Positions 12,546 through 27,121 are shown, counted from the stretch's first letter. The stretch: DNA of 64,000 bases from Antedon mediterranea (GCF_964355755.1 NC_092675.1:2041812-2105811), one strand, 5' to 3'. Notes: generated by a model from the letters alone, not told the origin. Numbers and translations: made by a program.

Positions 12546-15358
12546 TCTTCTCATGTTATGGACAATTATTGTGGTGGAACATCTTATGTGTGCGAGAAGA
12601 AACTTATATCGGGTGGTATTTTTTAATATAGCGTTTTTTTCCTAAAATAACTTTTTCCTCTTTTTATCTGATGGCTGGTACTTTCTTGTAATATCTGGTT
12701 GAATAACTCTGCTAGCTGCATAATGGTATCTTTTTTTTGTCATCATCGTTTTTTAATCATGTTCCGGTTCATTTGTCACCTCTTCTGCTAAGACAATTTC
12801 GTTATATTTTATATTTTACCTCTGCATTTCTTGGGTTCTGTTGGTAAAATCTGAGCAGATTCCTAGGCATTAAAAGGCCGATAGTTGCAGTTGTATATTT
12901 ACTACACAAAATATTAAACTTTGTCTTTTTATACAAAAAGTACGAAATTGAAATGCTAATACGTAATATGTTGTATTGGCAGTGTGTGATGACAGTTATT
13001 TCCATTAATATGCTACTGTGGTAATGAACTAGTATCTTTGATGAGATTTAATGATATGCTATTTCTTTTTACTTTGCATGACTTAGTCAAATTAACGTTC
13101 CATAAAAGTCACTAGAACGCACGAGTTCGCCATTTATTGACCAGGCATACTTTGCCGTACCAAGAATTAACAACACTCGTCATCACTTCCCATGTCGAGT
13201 AGTTTTATACACGAATGTTCATAATGTGGTGAGTGCTTAACACGTGATCACATGGTTTGTTTGTGAACCAGTTTCTAGATCATCTTTATCACACAAGCCT
13301 CCGTCATTAAATATACGAGCCTGTCAGTTTTCTTCAGGCTCATTTTTAAAATTTTAGTTTGTCTTGCTATTTCTTCATAAATGTATTTGTTTGTTTCTCA
13401 GATTGTGTATGAATATTGAAAATGTTAACATGACGTATTTGAAAATAAAGCAAGTGAAGTGAGGGAAATTCAAAAGACAATGAACAGTACGAGTATGGTT
13501 TGTTGTCTATAGAATTCTGTGATTGTATCTATTGTGAAAACGTGTTGTATTGTTCACTATGTGTTGTTTTTCTGTATTATCAATATTGCTGTTATTATAT
13601 ATCTTGCTGCTTATAGGATGAATTCATTATTATTCACTGCTTCAATACAGTAAAATGTATCTACTAAAATCTGAAAAGATTAAATCAATGAACGTAAGAG
13701 TGCACAACGTATTATTGTTTGAGTTTAATTTTCAACGAAACGAATCTCAAAATCAGGGTTTAGAATAAGAAATATGTATTTTCATTTTAATATCTGGGGT
13801 TCAATTAATGACGATTATGGGCTCAAGTTAAAGCCGAATTCGTGATTAAGTCCGCAATTTCTGATCCTAGAAGTTATACAATATAAAAGGAGATCAGAAC
13901 ACAAGGTCATCAGAAAATATGCAATCAATACTTTGATTTGAAAGTCTTTTTAGTTTGTTGGTTGCTTGGAAACTAATCTTCGCAACAAATGTCCTATACT
14001 AAATGTCGTGAAAAACCGGCCAAATGTTTATACTGTATGCCTACGCTATACAGTATACTGTAGTAATATAAATTTGTTGGCTATGATTGTTGTTGGCTAT
14101 GATTATAACGGTAGCCCTTAAGTTGCTGATTAGTTGATTGTTGGTAGCTTAATGTATAATTATTGTTTGCCATTAAAATCACTTATTGTTATTTTATATT
14201 ATGCTGTAATGTTATCCATTATTTTTCACTTCCTTTTTTCTTAGTGTGTCTTATAAAATAAATAAATAAGTTGTTATGATAAAATAGTGTTTTATAAAAC
14301 AGTAAAAGAGTGAACACTCTCACCTGGATAAATTTTTTAGTTTATCAGCTTATTTCGTCTCCTGGTTTTTGATTAGTTTAAACATCCATCCGGGTTATTG
14401 ATCAAACAATGGTCCGTTGGAATGTGTGATGAAAGTTTGATGTAAATATCAAGTTATTTAGGTTGTTGTGATACATGAATTATTTAATATTTCTTGTTGG
14501 AAGTTGGTTGTAAATAGCTGTAATTTTGTTCACCTGAGATATACCACTTATCTAGGATAATTACAATACTGTTGCACTATTTTACATTAAGGATGCTTGT
14601 TTGTCATTGAAACAGATAGCCTTTACCGATATTGAAAGATTTTTTACATGTGTTTTTTTTTATTTACGGGTCTTAGGGGTAGATTAAGTACTGTAGGAGT
14701 ATTGACACGGGATTACCATACTGAATGTAAAATTGAAACCAAAATGAACAATCTTCCTTTTACGTAATCTACATTTCAACTTTCTTACCGTCATGTGCTC
14801 GTTTGTATACCTATGTGGATTAACACATGTATATACCGTAGGCTATTAACACTGATTTTTGCAATCCTTAGCGTCTAGACTATGGAATCAGCCATATTAC
14901 ACTAATGATTAATGTAATTACATATCATTTTAGATCACCGCAAAATATGGCATAGATTGGCAATTAAAATTGTAATGGGATTGGTATAACGTTTTACCTA
15001 TAAATATAGAATTAGAGGCACCGTCAATTTAATATCGTAAACATGTTATTCGATAATTTGCAGGGTTAACTTAAGTCATAACCAGGCTCGCCAAACAGGC
15101 TTGTATTTCAGCACATATGTATTTCAATTGCGAGAAATATGAAACAAAATGTACATAGGTTTATGTTTAGTGGTGGTATTACAGTCCTGTCGGCGTTGTG
15201 GCAGCTCGACAAAAAGATCCTTAACGATATGGAATATACAAGTTGTTGTACGTGCCATTTAGCTCACTACGCTTTAGGACCCGTGGTTAGCGTTACATTG
15301 GTAAACCTAATTACATAAATATGTAAAAAATCTATATGAATGTATCACTCAATCAAGT

Positions 15359-16145
15359 AGAGTGTACGGTACCACGAGCAGAGTGTACGGTACCCACGAG
15401 CAGAGTGTACGGTACCACGAGCAGAGTGTACGGTACCCACGAGCAGAGTGTACGGTACCACGAGCAGCGTGTACGGTACCACGAGCAGAGTGTACGGTAC
15501 CCACGAGCAGAGTGTACGGTACCACGAGCAGAGTGTACGGTACCCACGAGCAGAGTGTACTGTACCACGAGCAGAGTGTACGGTACCACGAGCAGAGTGT
15601 ACGGTACCCACGAGCAGAGTGTACGGTACCACGAGCAGAGTGTACGGACCCACGAGCAGTGTACGGTACCACAAGCAGAGTGTACGGTACCACGAGAAGA
15701 ATGTACGGTACCCACGAGCAGAGTGTACGGTACCCCGAGCAGAGTGTACTGTACCACGAGCAGAGTGTACGGTACCACAAGCAGAGTGTACGGTACCACG
15801 AGAAGAATGTACGGTACCCACGAGCAGAGTGTACGGTACCCCGAGCAGAGTGTACTGTACCACGAGCAGAGTGTACTGTACCACAAGCAGAGTGTACGGT
15901 ACCACGAGCAGAGTGTACTGTACCACGAGCAGCGTGTACGGTACCACGAGCAGAGTGTACGGTACCCACGAGCAGAGTGTACGATACCCACGACCAGAGT
16001 GTACTGTACCACAGGAAGAATGTATCACAGAAAGAGGGTAGGGCCCTACCACAAGAAGAGTGTATGGTAGGCCTACCACAAGAAGAGTGTACCATCAAGA
16101 AATGTGTACCATGAAGAAGAGTGTACCACAAGGAAGAGAGCACCA
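15359..16145. repeat. 21/22-bp minisatellite (AGAGTGTACGGTACC[C]ACGAGC)n, roughly 35 units
   Basis: Tandem units are directly visible. A ~106-bp higher-order block is duplicated (~15670 and ~15776), and the array decays after ~16010. Confidence 0.97.
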
Positions 16146-16717
16146 TTAAAAGACAACAGCTTATAGTATTATGTTACTCTATCTCATGAAGGTAACATTT
16201 ATGATGTATACTAAAATATATTCGTTTCTATTTATAGATTGTACTACTGTAAACATTATAAGCAGTTCAACGCGATTCCGGATGAAAATACAGCTCCGAG
16301 TGTTGTGAAGAGTTTTCAAGAGTCTCTATGATAGTCAAGTGGTTTAAGATAAGTACAGTAATGTAACTCGGCTGGTGACCTTTGGAAATCTTATATAACT
16401 GTTTACTTTCTAAAAATAATAATAAAAAACGTATTTTTAGAGGCAAATACAAGAATTAAAAGTCAATATTCTTTTGATGGAAATGCATCGAAAGACAGAA
16501 AAGTGATGTTTATTTTCTGTCGTTCACAGGAATGACTTCAAGGGATATTTAAATGAAGTAAAGAAAAAGGGAAAACGGCATCAAATAGAGATCACACACA
16601 TGATTACCGAAGCAAACACGGGAAAGCATGTATTGGGTCGTGTGCTTGCTGTTAGATGTTTGACAATCTTTTCTGGCAATCCAATGAATCTTTGTGTTTA
16701 ATCATGTCACCGTCTTA

Positions 16718-16926
16718 CACACTGCCTAAGCAAAATGATACTTGATTTGAAACCACTGGCGAGTCGTGCGAAGCTTTACTGTTTTGGTGTTAAATATTGA
16801 AACGCCGATTGCTCCTGTCGTGTTCAAAGGAAAAAACACCGTATTTTCACACTACCTAAGCAACTTGATACTTGGTTTGAAAACACTGGCGAGTCTTGTG
16901 AAGCTTCACATTTAAACGTCGATTGC
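16718..16926. repeat. Imperfect direct duplication, period ~130 bp
   Basis: cacactgcctaagcaa..tgatacttg.tttgaaa.cactggcgagtc.tg.gaagctt occurs at ~16718 and ~16848. Confidence 0.8.
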
Positions 16927-18374
16927 GAACACAATCAAGCAATAGCGGATATAAATCATTGATTATACAAACTCACCAACAGTTATATCATATCCAATTG
17001 TGTGGTTTATTACTGCTGACATTTCTAAGATTCGATATTATCTTTAATTGACCCATGTCTGATATTGTTATACTTAACAAGATCATGCCAGAATCATCCA
17101 AAATGGATGTTAAAGTTGTTTCTGTCATTATTATTCCACCTACACGTACATTATTTGATTGATTTCACTTCAAGTCAGAGTTTACATCAGAAGTAATTGT
17201 ATACGTGTTTGGTTTATATAAGTATGATTACTGTACTAGTTAATGAATTCTGCCTGAAGTACCTAATAATGATTCCTTATTATTGTGACCTATATATATA
17301 TACATTATATAGTATGTCGTTTCAGATTCTATCTCCTTGCCTTGTTCTCGATCATCTGGTTTCTTCAACGTATCATTTCAATCTTTGATTTCCAAATGGA
17401 AGAATGGCATTACTTTACATTGTAAGACTTTGGAAGTTGAGGCTTGCTGGAACCAAAGGAAATTTTACACAATGCAAAAATGTGCTGAGTATTGACATTA
17501 TATACTACTACTCTAATTCGGTCTAATCTAAATCACCAAATCCCTTTTCTTTTTCTGAATCGGTCATGAAATTGTAAACATAGAGAGGTCTACTATAATA
17601 ATACTTAATGTTAAAGTTAGTAAATGAAAAACGAACGAGACACAATATCACCCAAAATCATCAAAGAAGATATAAACTTATATTGCCGTTTTGCATTTCA
17701 GTGTCGTAATTCTGTCGCTATGCCTACATTTTGGAATTGTTTTTTGCTTTGTAATAGGAAGATCAGAATGTACACGGGGAAAACACATTGAGCTGTCTTT
17801 ATATAAAAAATAAAAGGCCATTGCTCCATTTATCTAGTAATCAACTTCATCTGATATGGGAGAAGTGTTAGGAATTGTCTATTGATAGGTTGAAGCCATA
17901 ACTCTAAGATCGTGTTTATCTCAAGAAGCTTCACAAGTTTGGTGCTTAAAGCACGTTCGTTGTGCCTAAAACGTCACACTTTTGCACCTTCTATGTAATT
18001 ACAGAGTTTCATGCGTATTTTTATTATGTCCGGATATTAGAAGAAGATATCTTTGTATAGAACTTGGCATATCTAGCAGGCTTCTTTCTACTAATTGGTC
18101 ATGTCCACGGCGTTATCCTTAAGCGTTCAGATTTATCGATGTAATTCCTCACCGTAAGCGTTAAACGAAAGTCACCAATAACATTACTTTTGCTGCGTTG
18201 TGAGTGCAGTTAGAAATAATTTACTGAAAACTGATGTGTTAGCTTTAATACCTATAGTTATTTAAAGGTCAATGGCCGATCAGCATGTTAACAATTTCCC
18301 GAAACCAACCGTTAGTTGTTCTGAACATGCCACATTTATACAATATATTACAATATTTATAGGTTACGTGTCAG

Positions 18375-18552
18375 AAGTTTAGTATGCCATCGGATTTACT
18401 AAAGCTTTTCCTACTATTTAGCTTAAAATAATACAGTCATTTAAAATATTGAAAAGCGAGTCTCTATTTTATAATCGATAATTGTTAGCTGTTTCTTTCG
18501 CAAAAAAATACAGCATTTTATTCAATAGGAAAAATTGTCTATGGACAGACTA
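18375..18552. repeat. Dispersed repeat, copy 2 (copy 1 at ~6186-6340)
   Basis: Direct sequence match to 6186-6340. Confidence 0.85.
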
Positions 18553-19124
18553 CAGTACTTGTTTAATCTCCGAAATTGTTTCTTCAATGAGTTCGATTGA
18601 AACGTAGTTCAACTCTTTGGAGACCAATAAATATATATTCAATTAAACAAAATCAGATTCGTATAAGCAAAATTAATAGATAATATATAGCAATAAATAT
18701 AAAATCGGAACTAATGCCATGACGCGGTTATTTAAAGTAATTCTCCATTACCGGTTTTATAATGTATTAAGGGTATGACTTAATTTACTGAAAGCTTCAA
18801 TGCTGACGAATGTCTAGTGTTTATGGTGAGGTAGAAAGCAAGGTTTTCTAATACAGTTATTCTATTAAACGCACGTACGCAATTTGGAACATGCCTTTAC
18901 TACCTTTTAGATCTTTACATTCGGTGCACATATCGTGCAATACAATTTAATTTGTCCATAGGCCTAGGAAAATGATGCCGACGAAAGATTGTGGTAACCA
19001 TTCGTCATGATGGAATGTTGTGTTCAAATCACCTATAAAAATGAGTACAGATGCCCGGGTCTTAGTGTGTTTTGTCTACCGTGATATGTATTTAGAATTT
19101 AGGGTTCGAATTCTACATCATTAT

Positions 19125-19412
19125 TTCTCATGTGCGTTCAGGAAAGGCACATTTTATCACCCATTTGAAAAGAAGAAATTTAGAAAAAAACCTCGACTTT
19201 GAGGGTTACAATTTTATTGCTCATGTGCGCACAGTACCAATAATGAAAGGCATATTTCATCAACCATTTCCAAAGGAGCGATTTGAAAAACCTGACTTTG
19301 AGGGTTAAAATGTTATTGCTCATGTATGTACAGTGCCCACAATGAAAGGCACATTGCTTCATTTCAAAGGGTACATATTGGAAACCTTGAAGTTGTGGAT
19401 TAACATTTTCAA
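19125..19412. repeat. Diverged tandem repeat, ~100-bp unit, about 3 copies
   Basis: Recurring ctcatgtg...gaaaggca.att...gactttgagggtta..at.ttattg. Confidence 0.75.
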
Positions 19413-20457
19413 CCATCTGATCATAGTGTGTAGGCTACATAACAACTAATAAGAATTCCATCAACCCTTTCATTAGTTCTTAATAGCGAGTAAGAATTAG
19501 ATGCAGTTCATGCATATTTCAGTATTCAGTATTTTACACCTAGTTTACAATAACATACACTATTTAAATTATAAAAATAGTAATAAATAAATAAATACAA
19601 TTAATAAAATAGTGTATTTATTTACTAATTGTATATATCTGACTGTCTTTTTTCACGTGTTCTTGACAGGACTAGGTATGGTTTGTTAGTATGGCTACGT
19701 CCTGGTCAATTTTCTTAAACTAAATTATTTGAAACGATCAATAATGGTATAACTACGACACAATGCAAGTTAAATCTTGTGTTTTTCATCACCAACCGCA
19801 TCTGCTTTCACACTTTCTGATTGATCTAGCTATTTATGTCTTAAAGTAACGAAGACAAATTGCTAATGGTATTTAACATTTCGGGGTTCACTTCAAAATA
19901 GGTTTTTAATTTGACAGATTGGCATAAAAGTGTATGTATAGTTGGACGCGTGTGAACATTTAACGGCCAGGCTTAAGTATTTTTCATTAAAAGTTGTTTG
20001 TCAAAAAGGCTTTCGTCTGCTCTCAATCGTGTGGATCTCGCGCTTCTGTGAATACAAAATATCCGAGTTATCCAATGTTCAAGATATATAAATACATTGG
20101 TTTACAATTGTCTATATATTCCATCAACCATTTCTAGAGAAATAATTTGGACAATCTGACGCTGCGCCCAATTCTCGTCACTCTACTGTATCTAGATTAA
20201 ATTGCATTAGGACAAATTCGGAATACATCATTTACATTGTATAACCTAGTATCATAGACCAGAGTCAACCACCTAACCTCACACGATACAGGCACCACAT
20301 GTGATGACAAATGAGATTTTACCAAATACGTCTATGACACTGGGGAAATATAGTAGTATGTGGAAACACAGCACTAAGAATCAGGTGGACAATTTCTATT
20401 GTATCTATATTGTATCTATATTGTATCTTAAATAGACGTATTCTATCAACAAATGTT

Positions 20458-20586
20458 AAGCTCTGTCTGCACTACTTTATGTGAACAATGTGATGTGCCC
20501 ATTATTGACACGATGTCATATCACTACCATATTTGGGCAAATCATACTTTTTTTTTGTCTAGTTTGATAGTGTAGTCAGAGCTTTA
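20458..20586. mobile_element. PIF/Harbinger-like MITE
   Basis: TIRs aagctctgtctgcacta / tagtgtagtcagagctt in a TAA/TTA context. Related copies at ~7725 and ~9980. Confidence 0.7.
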
Positions 20587-21329
20587 GTTGATGTGCAGCA
20601 TTTTAACTAAGAACATTTTAGACAACCGGACATAATCAAATAATCAATCAATCAATGTGTGGACAACCTATTACATATGCGTAATGCATAATGACCATTG
20701 TCGCGTGTCGTAAACGTAATTTGTTTTATTGAAATTTCAAAGGCCGTTTAATTATAGTAAAAGTAAAATTAATTTATTTGTGTATGATCATGGAGATAAC
20801 ACATTTAATAAAACAATTCTACAACTGCGGTTACATTATATATAAGGAGCTGAAGAAAGTGCGATGTTAAACTAATTACAAACTTGTTGGCTAAAGAGCT
20901 TAATATAGAAATGTTAATATCAAATAATATCATTTTAAGTCAGTGTCTATTACAGTTTATATCATTTTTTACACAATTTACACTGCAGACCAGGGTAAGA
21001 TTTCACGTTAAATAACATGCGTGCATTTAGTTTCTATAAGCTACGGTATCTGATGTTATTAATCTGAATGTCAAACAATGTATTAATAAAAAGCAAATTA
21101 CATTAGCAATGTTGTTTTTTAATAGTTTATGAAAGCCCTAATATTATTACGCCGATACTACAGTTTAAGATATATTCAAATGTATCTATATTATCCTATT
21201 ACTAAATACATTTAAGTTCATACGCACATAATTAATAGCCACTGTAATAATTCATCATGTTCACTTTAGTATAATCAAGAAGTACAGACGAACTACAGTG
21301 ACTTTATGATTATTAAAAATGAAATACAA

Positions 21330-21812
21330 CACAACACAGAACGAGAGCGAACTCATTATTCCAAAATATGATTGTACTGATTATGCTTTGGCCACAAAAG
21401 AAACGCCAGATGAAGAACAAGAAAAAGCCTATCCGTTCTAGTATTAGAGACACGTATGTGATAATCAAGAAAGAAAGAACAACCTCGCTAGAATGAAAAG
21501 AAACATCCAACAGATGCAGGACAACACCAGATCAAACTCATACGTTCTAGAATAGAGGCACTTCTGTGTTGAACAAGAAAGAAGAAACTTCTTGCCAGAA
21601 TGTTAAGACACAATCAACAACACCAGATGCAGAACGAGATCAAACTCATCTATTCTATAGTATAGAAGCACGTATGTGTTGAGCAAGAAAGAAAACTCCT
21701 CGCTAGAATGACAAGACACATTCAACAACACCAGATGCAGAAGAAAGAGATCAGATGCAGAAAGAGATCAACCATCCAACAACACCAAATTCAGAACGAG
21801 GTCAAACCCATG
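21330..21812. repeat. Diverged tandem repeat, ~108-bp unit, about 4 copies
   Basis: Recurring caacaccagatgcagaacgagatcaaactcat...ttcta...cacgtatgtg...caagaaagaa...ctcgctagaatg. Confidence 0.8.
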
Positions 21813-23029
21813 TGCAGCATGCGAGTTTCCTCTGAAAATTAAAGATCTTACTAACTATTATTACATACCATTGTTATCCGGTGTTTTTGTTTACTGATAT
21901 TTTTCCTAATACTTAATAGCCTTCTTTTTACACTATTTTCAATTGTATAACTTAATCGTTGTTTTGTACGTACATTTTTAAGTCGTCAACGCTTTCATAA
22001 TTACGTATGCGTGTGACAAATAAGGTGTAAGGTACACGAAATCAACTTAAAAGATGATCAATGCGATTATACATCTTCAACTCACATGTTTTTCTAATGA
22101 CAAATAAGCTCTGATTTAACCTTGATGTATTTGTTATCTTTATGAGTTAAATTCAAATTCTGATGTTTAGCAAAAAATAAGTAGAAAAATACGTACCGAC
22201 ACTTAATAATGAAAACAGAAGCTGATAATAGATAATACGTACAACAGAAAAATAATCAATACGACACTAACTCGTCATGGACAGTTAAAGTCACATAAAG
22301 TTCACTTATGTCCAACTAGTGTATATTATGTCAATAAAGGCAATATAACCATAGGCATAATGCCGAATACTAGAATGTCAACAAACAACCCTGTGATGGT
22401 GACACTCACATTGATGAACCTGTTGTAAAATTCAGCGTAAAGTAATGGTAGGTATTTTCTATAATGCTAACATAAAGAATTAAACGCCATATGACTTAAG
22501 TTCACGCAAGAAGTTGAATTAAAACTGAATGTTGCCAAGAAAACATTTTTGTAGGCCTAGGCCTAGTTTTAGCTGTAGGCCTACACGTGATCTTAAAAAC
22601 GTTGTACAAACACTTACAAAAGGTCAATATTGTGGCAAAGTACAGCAACCGTCAATTACCGGAAAGCATGACGAATGTAGTACAAAGCGAGATGAATACT
22701 GAAATATACGATCGTAATGGCCTAACTGGGCAGGTATATTCCCAAATGTTGTTATACTAACTCATCATCAAAAAATTAATGAATGCACTAATTATGGTAC
22801 TGTATAATGAGATTGAAGTTACAGGCGAAGACGGCAATAAATGCAGAAGTGTTTTATGATATTGTATAAACTGTTAAAAGACCACGGCATGTTTGCTACG
22901 GGACACACAATCATATTAAATTGGTTATTGATTTCCTCATAAACTAATATAATATGTAATTAATTGTGATCCATAGAAAGTGCACTAGCACTGTACATAA
23001 TTAATAAATAATGTATGATGTAAACTTTT

Positions 23030-23472
23030 GTCATCATAGTTCATCTTCATTTATGTTCATCGTCATCATCGTAGTGCCGTTCCTATGCCGTTCACGACCA
23101 TGTTTCTCCATTTGTTTTTGTTTTTTTGTGTTGTGTAATATTTCTATATTTGAGTACTGTACATTAAAATGCTCTTCGATTGTGTATTTTTTCTTCGGAC
23201 GTCCTTTCTGCTTTTCCCTATCAATTTTTCCTGTTAAACACAGCTCTTCTAATAATTGCTCTCTTCTCATTACATGGCCGAGGAATTAAGTTGTCTCCGC
23301 TGTACGCTGTTTTTAGTCGCGTGGACGCGACTCTATAGTTCACTATGTCGGTCGGTCGGTCTGTCAGTCTGTCTGTCGGTCCGGTATCACTATGCGTTTT
23401 AGCACGCGACTTATGGCTATTGGCCTTGTTTTTTTATTGTTTAATTTTCTTGTTGTTCTGACCCTTTGTAAT
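23030..23472 (-). mobile_element. 3' end of an RTE-clade LINE, interrupted by a Helentron-type insert
   Basis: Translation LQRVRTTRKL..[insert]..VQRRQL.FLGHVMRREQLLEELCLTGKIDREKQKGRPKKKY, followed by a GAT-rich tail, is the typical RTE C-terminus. Confidence 0.75.
23310..23431 (+). mobile_element. Short Helentron-associated (HINE/DINE-1-like) element
   Basis: 5' tttt-agtcgcgtggacgcgact palindrome, (GGTC/GTCT)n microsatellite, 3' sub-TIR cacgcgact and terminal ...ggccttgttt. Inserted in a T run with no TSD. Confidence 0.8.
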
Positions 23473-24269
23473 TGTTACGGTTTGAAATTATGGAACTTGT
23501 TCCTTGCGCTAATAAGTCTGTTCGTGTAATGGGAGTTCGTCACCAAGTTCCCGAATTGCTAATGGACCAAAAACCCAGCCTATTGTATATCAAAATGATA
23601 TCAACAGTAAGATACGAAAATAAGAGACTATTGAAACGTTTAAGTTGGGAACATTTTTTTTTTATATTCATTTATATGATTGTATTTTTATATATTATAA
23701 TAAAACAAGATTCATAAACAATACATTTATCACTACGAACATGTCAGAACTGCATAACGAATATAATTTCAAAGATATCATGAAAGATAAAAAAAGTGAC
23801 GAATTATAATAGCTGTACCACACTGTCAATCACACTTTAACTCCTATAGGCGCCTCGTCTCGTTTCTAATAGCAATATAAAGCCCGTATAACATTAATAA
23901 ACTACAGCGATTTAATTTAAAATCATATTCTGAACAATAAAGAGACTGTCATCAATAACATTAGACACGTGTTGAAGAATAATGAAATCATTTATTGCGT
24001 TTATATGTACTGAATTGAATATAAATTTGTCCAAAATGTAGTATACAAATAGTTTTGCTACAGGTAATTCTGTTTTATAGTGTATAGTATAGACATGGTG
24101 ACGACGACAAGGGTTATGTAACCCAGAATAAAACGAATGAATCCTTTCAAGTCTACAATGAATAGGCCTATTGCCATCATCTCATTCTGATGGTTTCTCA
24201 AATATATCGTGGTTATCTACCGAGAGACGTAGCATATTGGGTGCTGTATATAGACACACACAGCTTATT

Positions 24270-24370
24270 TTCTCGTCTTTGGATGGGATGTAAAGCCGTT
24301 GGTCACGTATAAAAACTTCGTACACTATATTAAGAGTAAGGGATCGTCATCCGGCGTGCTGAACTGGGTA
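24270..24370 (+). mobile_element. Deu-domain-like SINE remnant
   Basis: gtctttggatgggatgtaaagccgttggtc...taagagtaaggg...ccggcgtgctg resembles the central Deu domain of AmnSINE1/DeuSINEs. Matched from memory, not by alignment. Confidence 0.55.
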
Positions 24371-27121
24371 TGCGCTCACTGCTGAGGGTTTCCAGTTAGG
24401 CTTGAGGACGATTAGGCCTATAATAAAATTTGCATTGTGGTCTTCATTTCTGAATAATTAATTATGACGATTAATGCGTCTCATAGGCGTTAGATAGCGG
24501 TACCGATACCCGAAAGCGGCCTTTTGGGGCTTTCCTTGCATCATAGGATCGTAACACTAGTATGATGTTCTGTGAAGTTGCGTAATTCTTTGAATAAATC
24601 ATTTACTCATAAATACCATACTATTTTCACACAATCTTAAATCGAACCCCAATATAAGGTGATGCCATGTTAAAGTTTTGTTTGCAATAAATGACTACAA
24701 ATAAAGAACATTGGATACAGTACGTTAACATTTACTTTATATGATTAATTCAAACGGGATGTAAGAAGGAAGAACGGTATAAAGAAAATGATGATCATGG
24801 AATTAGGAGATTTAAAAAAGGGGAAGGAAGGGGAAAAAGAGAAAAACATAATACATTGACACGTGATGGCTGAAAGACAACATGAAAGAGTTTTAAAATA
24901 AACATTAAACTTAATAGATTGATGAATAACTTGTATGTAATCAAATTAGTAGTTCCGGTGTTTCAAAGGATTAAAATAAAGAAGAAATGATAATAATGAA
25001 ATAGACAACGAATGGTTAATTGAAAATTAATGATAGACCTAATGGTAACTCAATTCATTGCGTCATTGATCGCTTTCTAAGTTGAGATCAATGGAGCATA
25101 TATTAAAATAATCACGAAGTAATGACAGCTAATAGAATCAGTGCAATTATATTATCATATTATATTATATTAGTGATAATAATGTCAAGCAATTGGATGA
25201 CACGAAGGTCATTGGCATTTCTGACACACGAACACACTGGATTTTGACAATACAATTAGTCTACTCTATCCGTTCATTCCATCAAAAATCATATATCAAA
25301 TATAGAAAACAGTGGAAATTCAAAAGGATCACGAGATAATATCATCATGCTACAAACAGTATAGAAAACGAAAAAAAAGTGAACATTTTTGCCATTATCG
25401 AATATAAAATAGGGGCGACGTTGTATGCCCTTGGTATCATCAGTGCATGTGGAGGCCAATGGAAGCATGTAAACTAAAGGATTGAAAACGAAACCGAATA
25501 TTGGATATGGTCCATGTACAATATGTAATACCATGGGAAACTGGGAAATTAGGCTTTAAATGGATACGGTAACACAAATCAAATGCTCCGGTAAAATCTA
25601 TTCATTCATTCATCTTTTATTTTGGAAAAAAAAAATTAATTCTCCACAGCTCAAGAACAAAGGAAACAAATATATATATATACGCCATATAGTCACGTGG
25701 TTACAAGAATAGCTTCATCCATCTACCAATGAAACTTACCATAATTAACAATAACCATTTTATTAAAGCTCTTCCAATCATACGCCAAAATCAAGGTACG
25801 ATCACGTCATTCTAACATCATTTAATTCAATGTAAATTTGGAATTCGAAATGCTACAGAACAAATCGTGCATTAAAATGCTGATTCGATTTAATACAGGA
25901 TGAAGGATGAGGTTTTTGAAATAAAGCGTGTGATTTGATTTGTTTCTTAGCAAACAATAACATTCAGATGGTTTGTTGTCTATATTTCTTTGTTTATCAT
26001 TAATTAATAAAAATAAAAATACATCAATTACGTAACATGGTACGCATCCAGAGGGATACAGAACAAAAACCACAAAGACAAAACAAAATCGTAACCTTAA
26101 ATTTATTTTTAGAATGTCATATCCAAGAAAAACAAATCTGTTGATGTTTTGTAAAGCTAGATATCTAACACATTAAGGACACTCGCCTAGACCTAACTAC
26201 ATAACTGTTCAGTTTGTGAATTATATTATGTCATGGAAATTATGGTCCATGATAATATTGCGGTTGTATAGATTGATATAGGAAAGCTACATGCCAAGGT
26301 GAGGGTTTAAGGCAACGGTTATCGACAGTTTTCAAGTGTGGACCTTATTGACTTTTAAACAATCTTGCGGGGCAGGTATGTAGGGTCAACAACTCGACTT
26401 ATAGGTTTTAGGAAAACCATACTTTTATTATTTTATTTCTAGCAATATAGTAAGAAATATAAGAATAATTAAATACACTCGGCCGGATCTTGGCCCAGGG
26501 GGTCGACTGTTGAAATCAGAGGGCCTATGGTAATATCTCCCTTCTTCCAAGTTGTGTCAAGTGATTTGCATTCCAGGACTCGATGAAATCATCTTTCAAT
26601 ATATAATATGTGTTTTCATGTGTGTGAACAGCTGAAATGTACTGACCTTTTCATTCATTAATCTAATTAAGTTCACATTAAGTTCAAATTTAGATCAACA
26701 TCCAAACTTAGATAAATACAAAATTATCGATATCAAAAAACAATAACAAAATAGATTCTAATTTACATTCAAATCGGTCATGAGAAGAAAATAATGATTA
26801 ACACTAATTTTAATGCACGTGGTATATCCATGATTCCACAATGAGACACATTTCAATGATATAAATGATTGTGGGGTTGTGGACTAACTTGTTTTACAAT
26901 TTTAATATACAATATTTCAAAGTTATATTAACAGCATATGTGATCGTATTTAAATCAACATCGTTATGATCAGTCTATCTCTCGATCTCGACAAAAATTA
27001 ATAACGTTTTGCATTTTTGATTATTGTGCAATACCCATTGGATTAAAATTAGCATACGGCCTATTTATATTACATAATTAGTGTCCGCATGATTCCAATG
27101 TGTTTATTAAGTAGTCGCGTA

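Noticed and set aside
15336-16146. Six long overlapping ORFs (197-265 aa)
   Set aside because: They are by-products of a stop-free 21/22-bp minisatellite: all frames are open and give the same repeated peptides.
21330-21812. CRISPR-like appearance of spaced repeats (also 19125-19412 and 40227-40560)
   Set aside because: Whole units are homologous with no unique spacers, there are no cas genes, and the DNA is eukaryotic.
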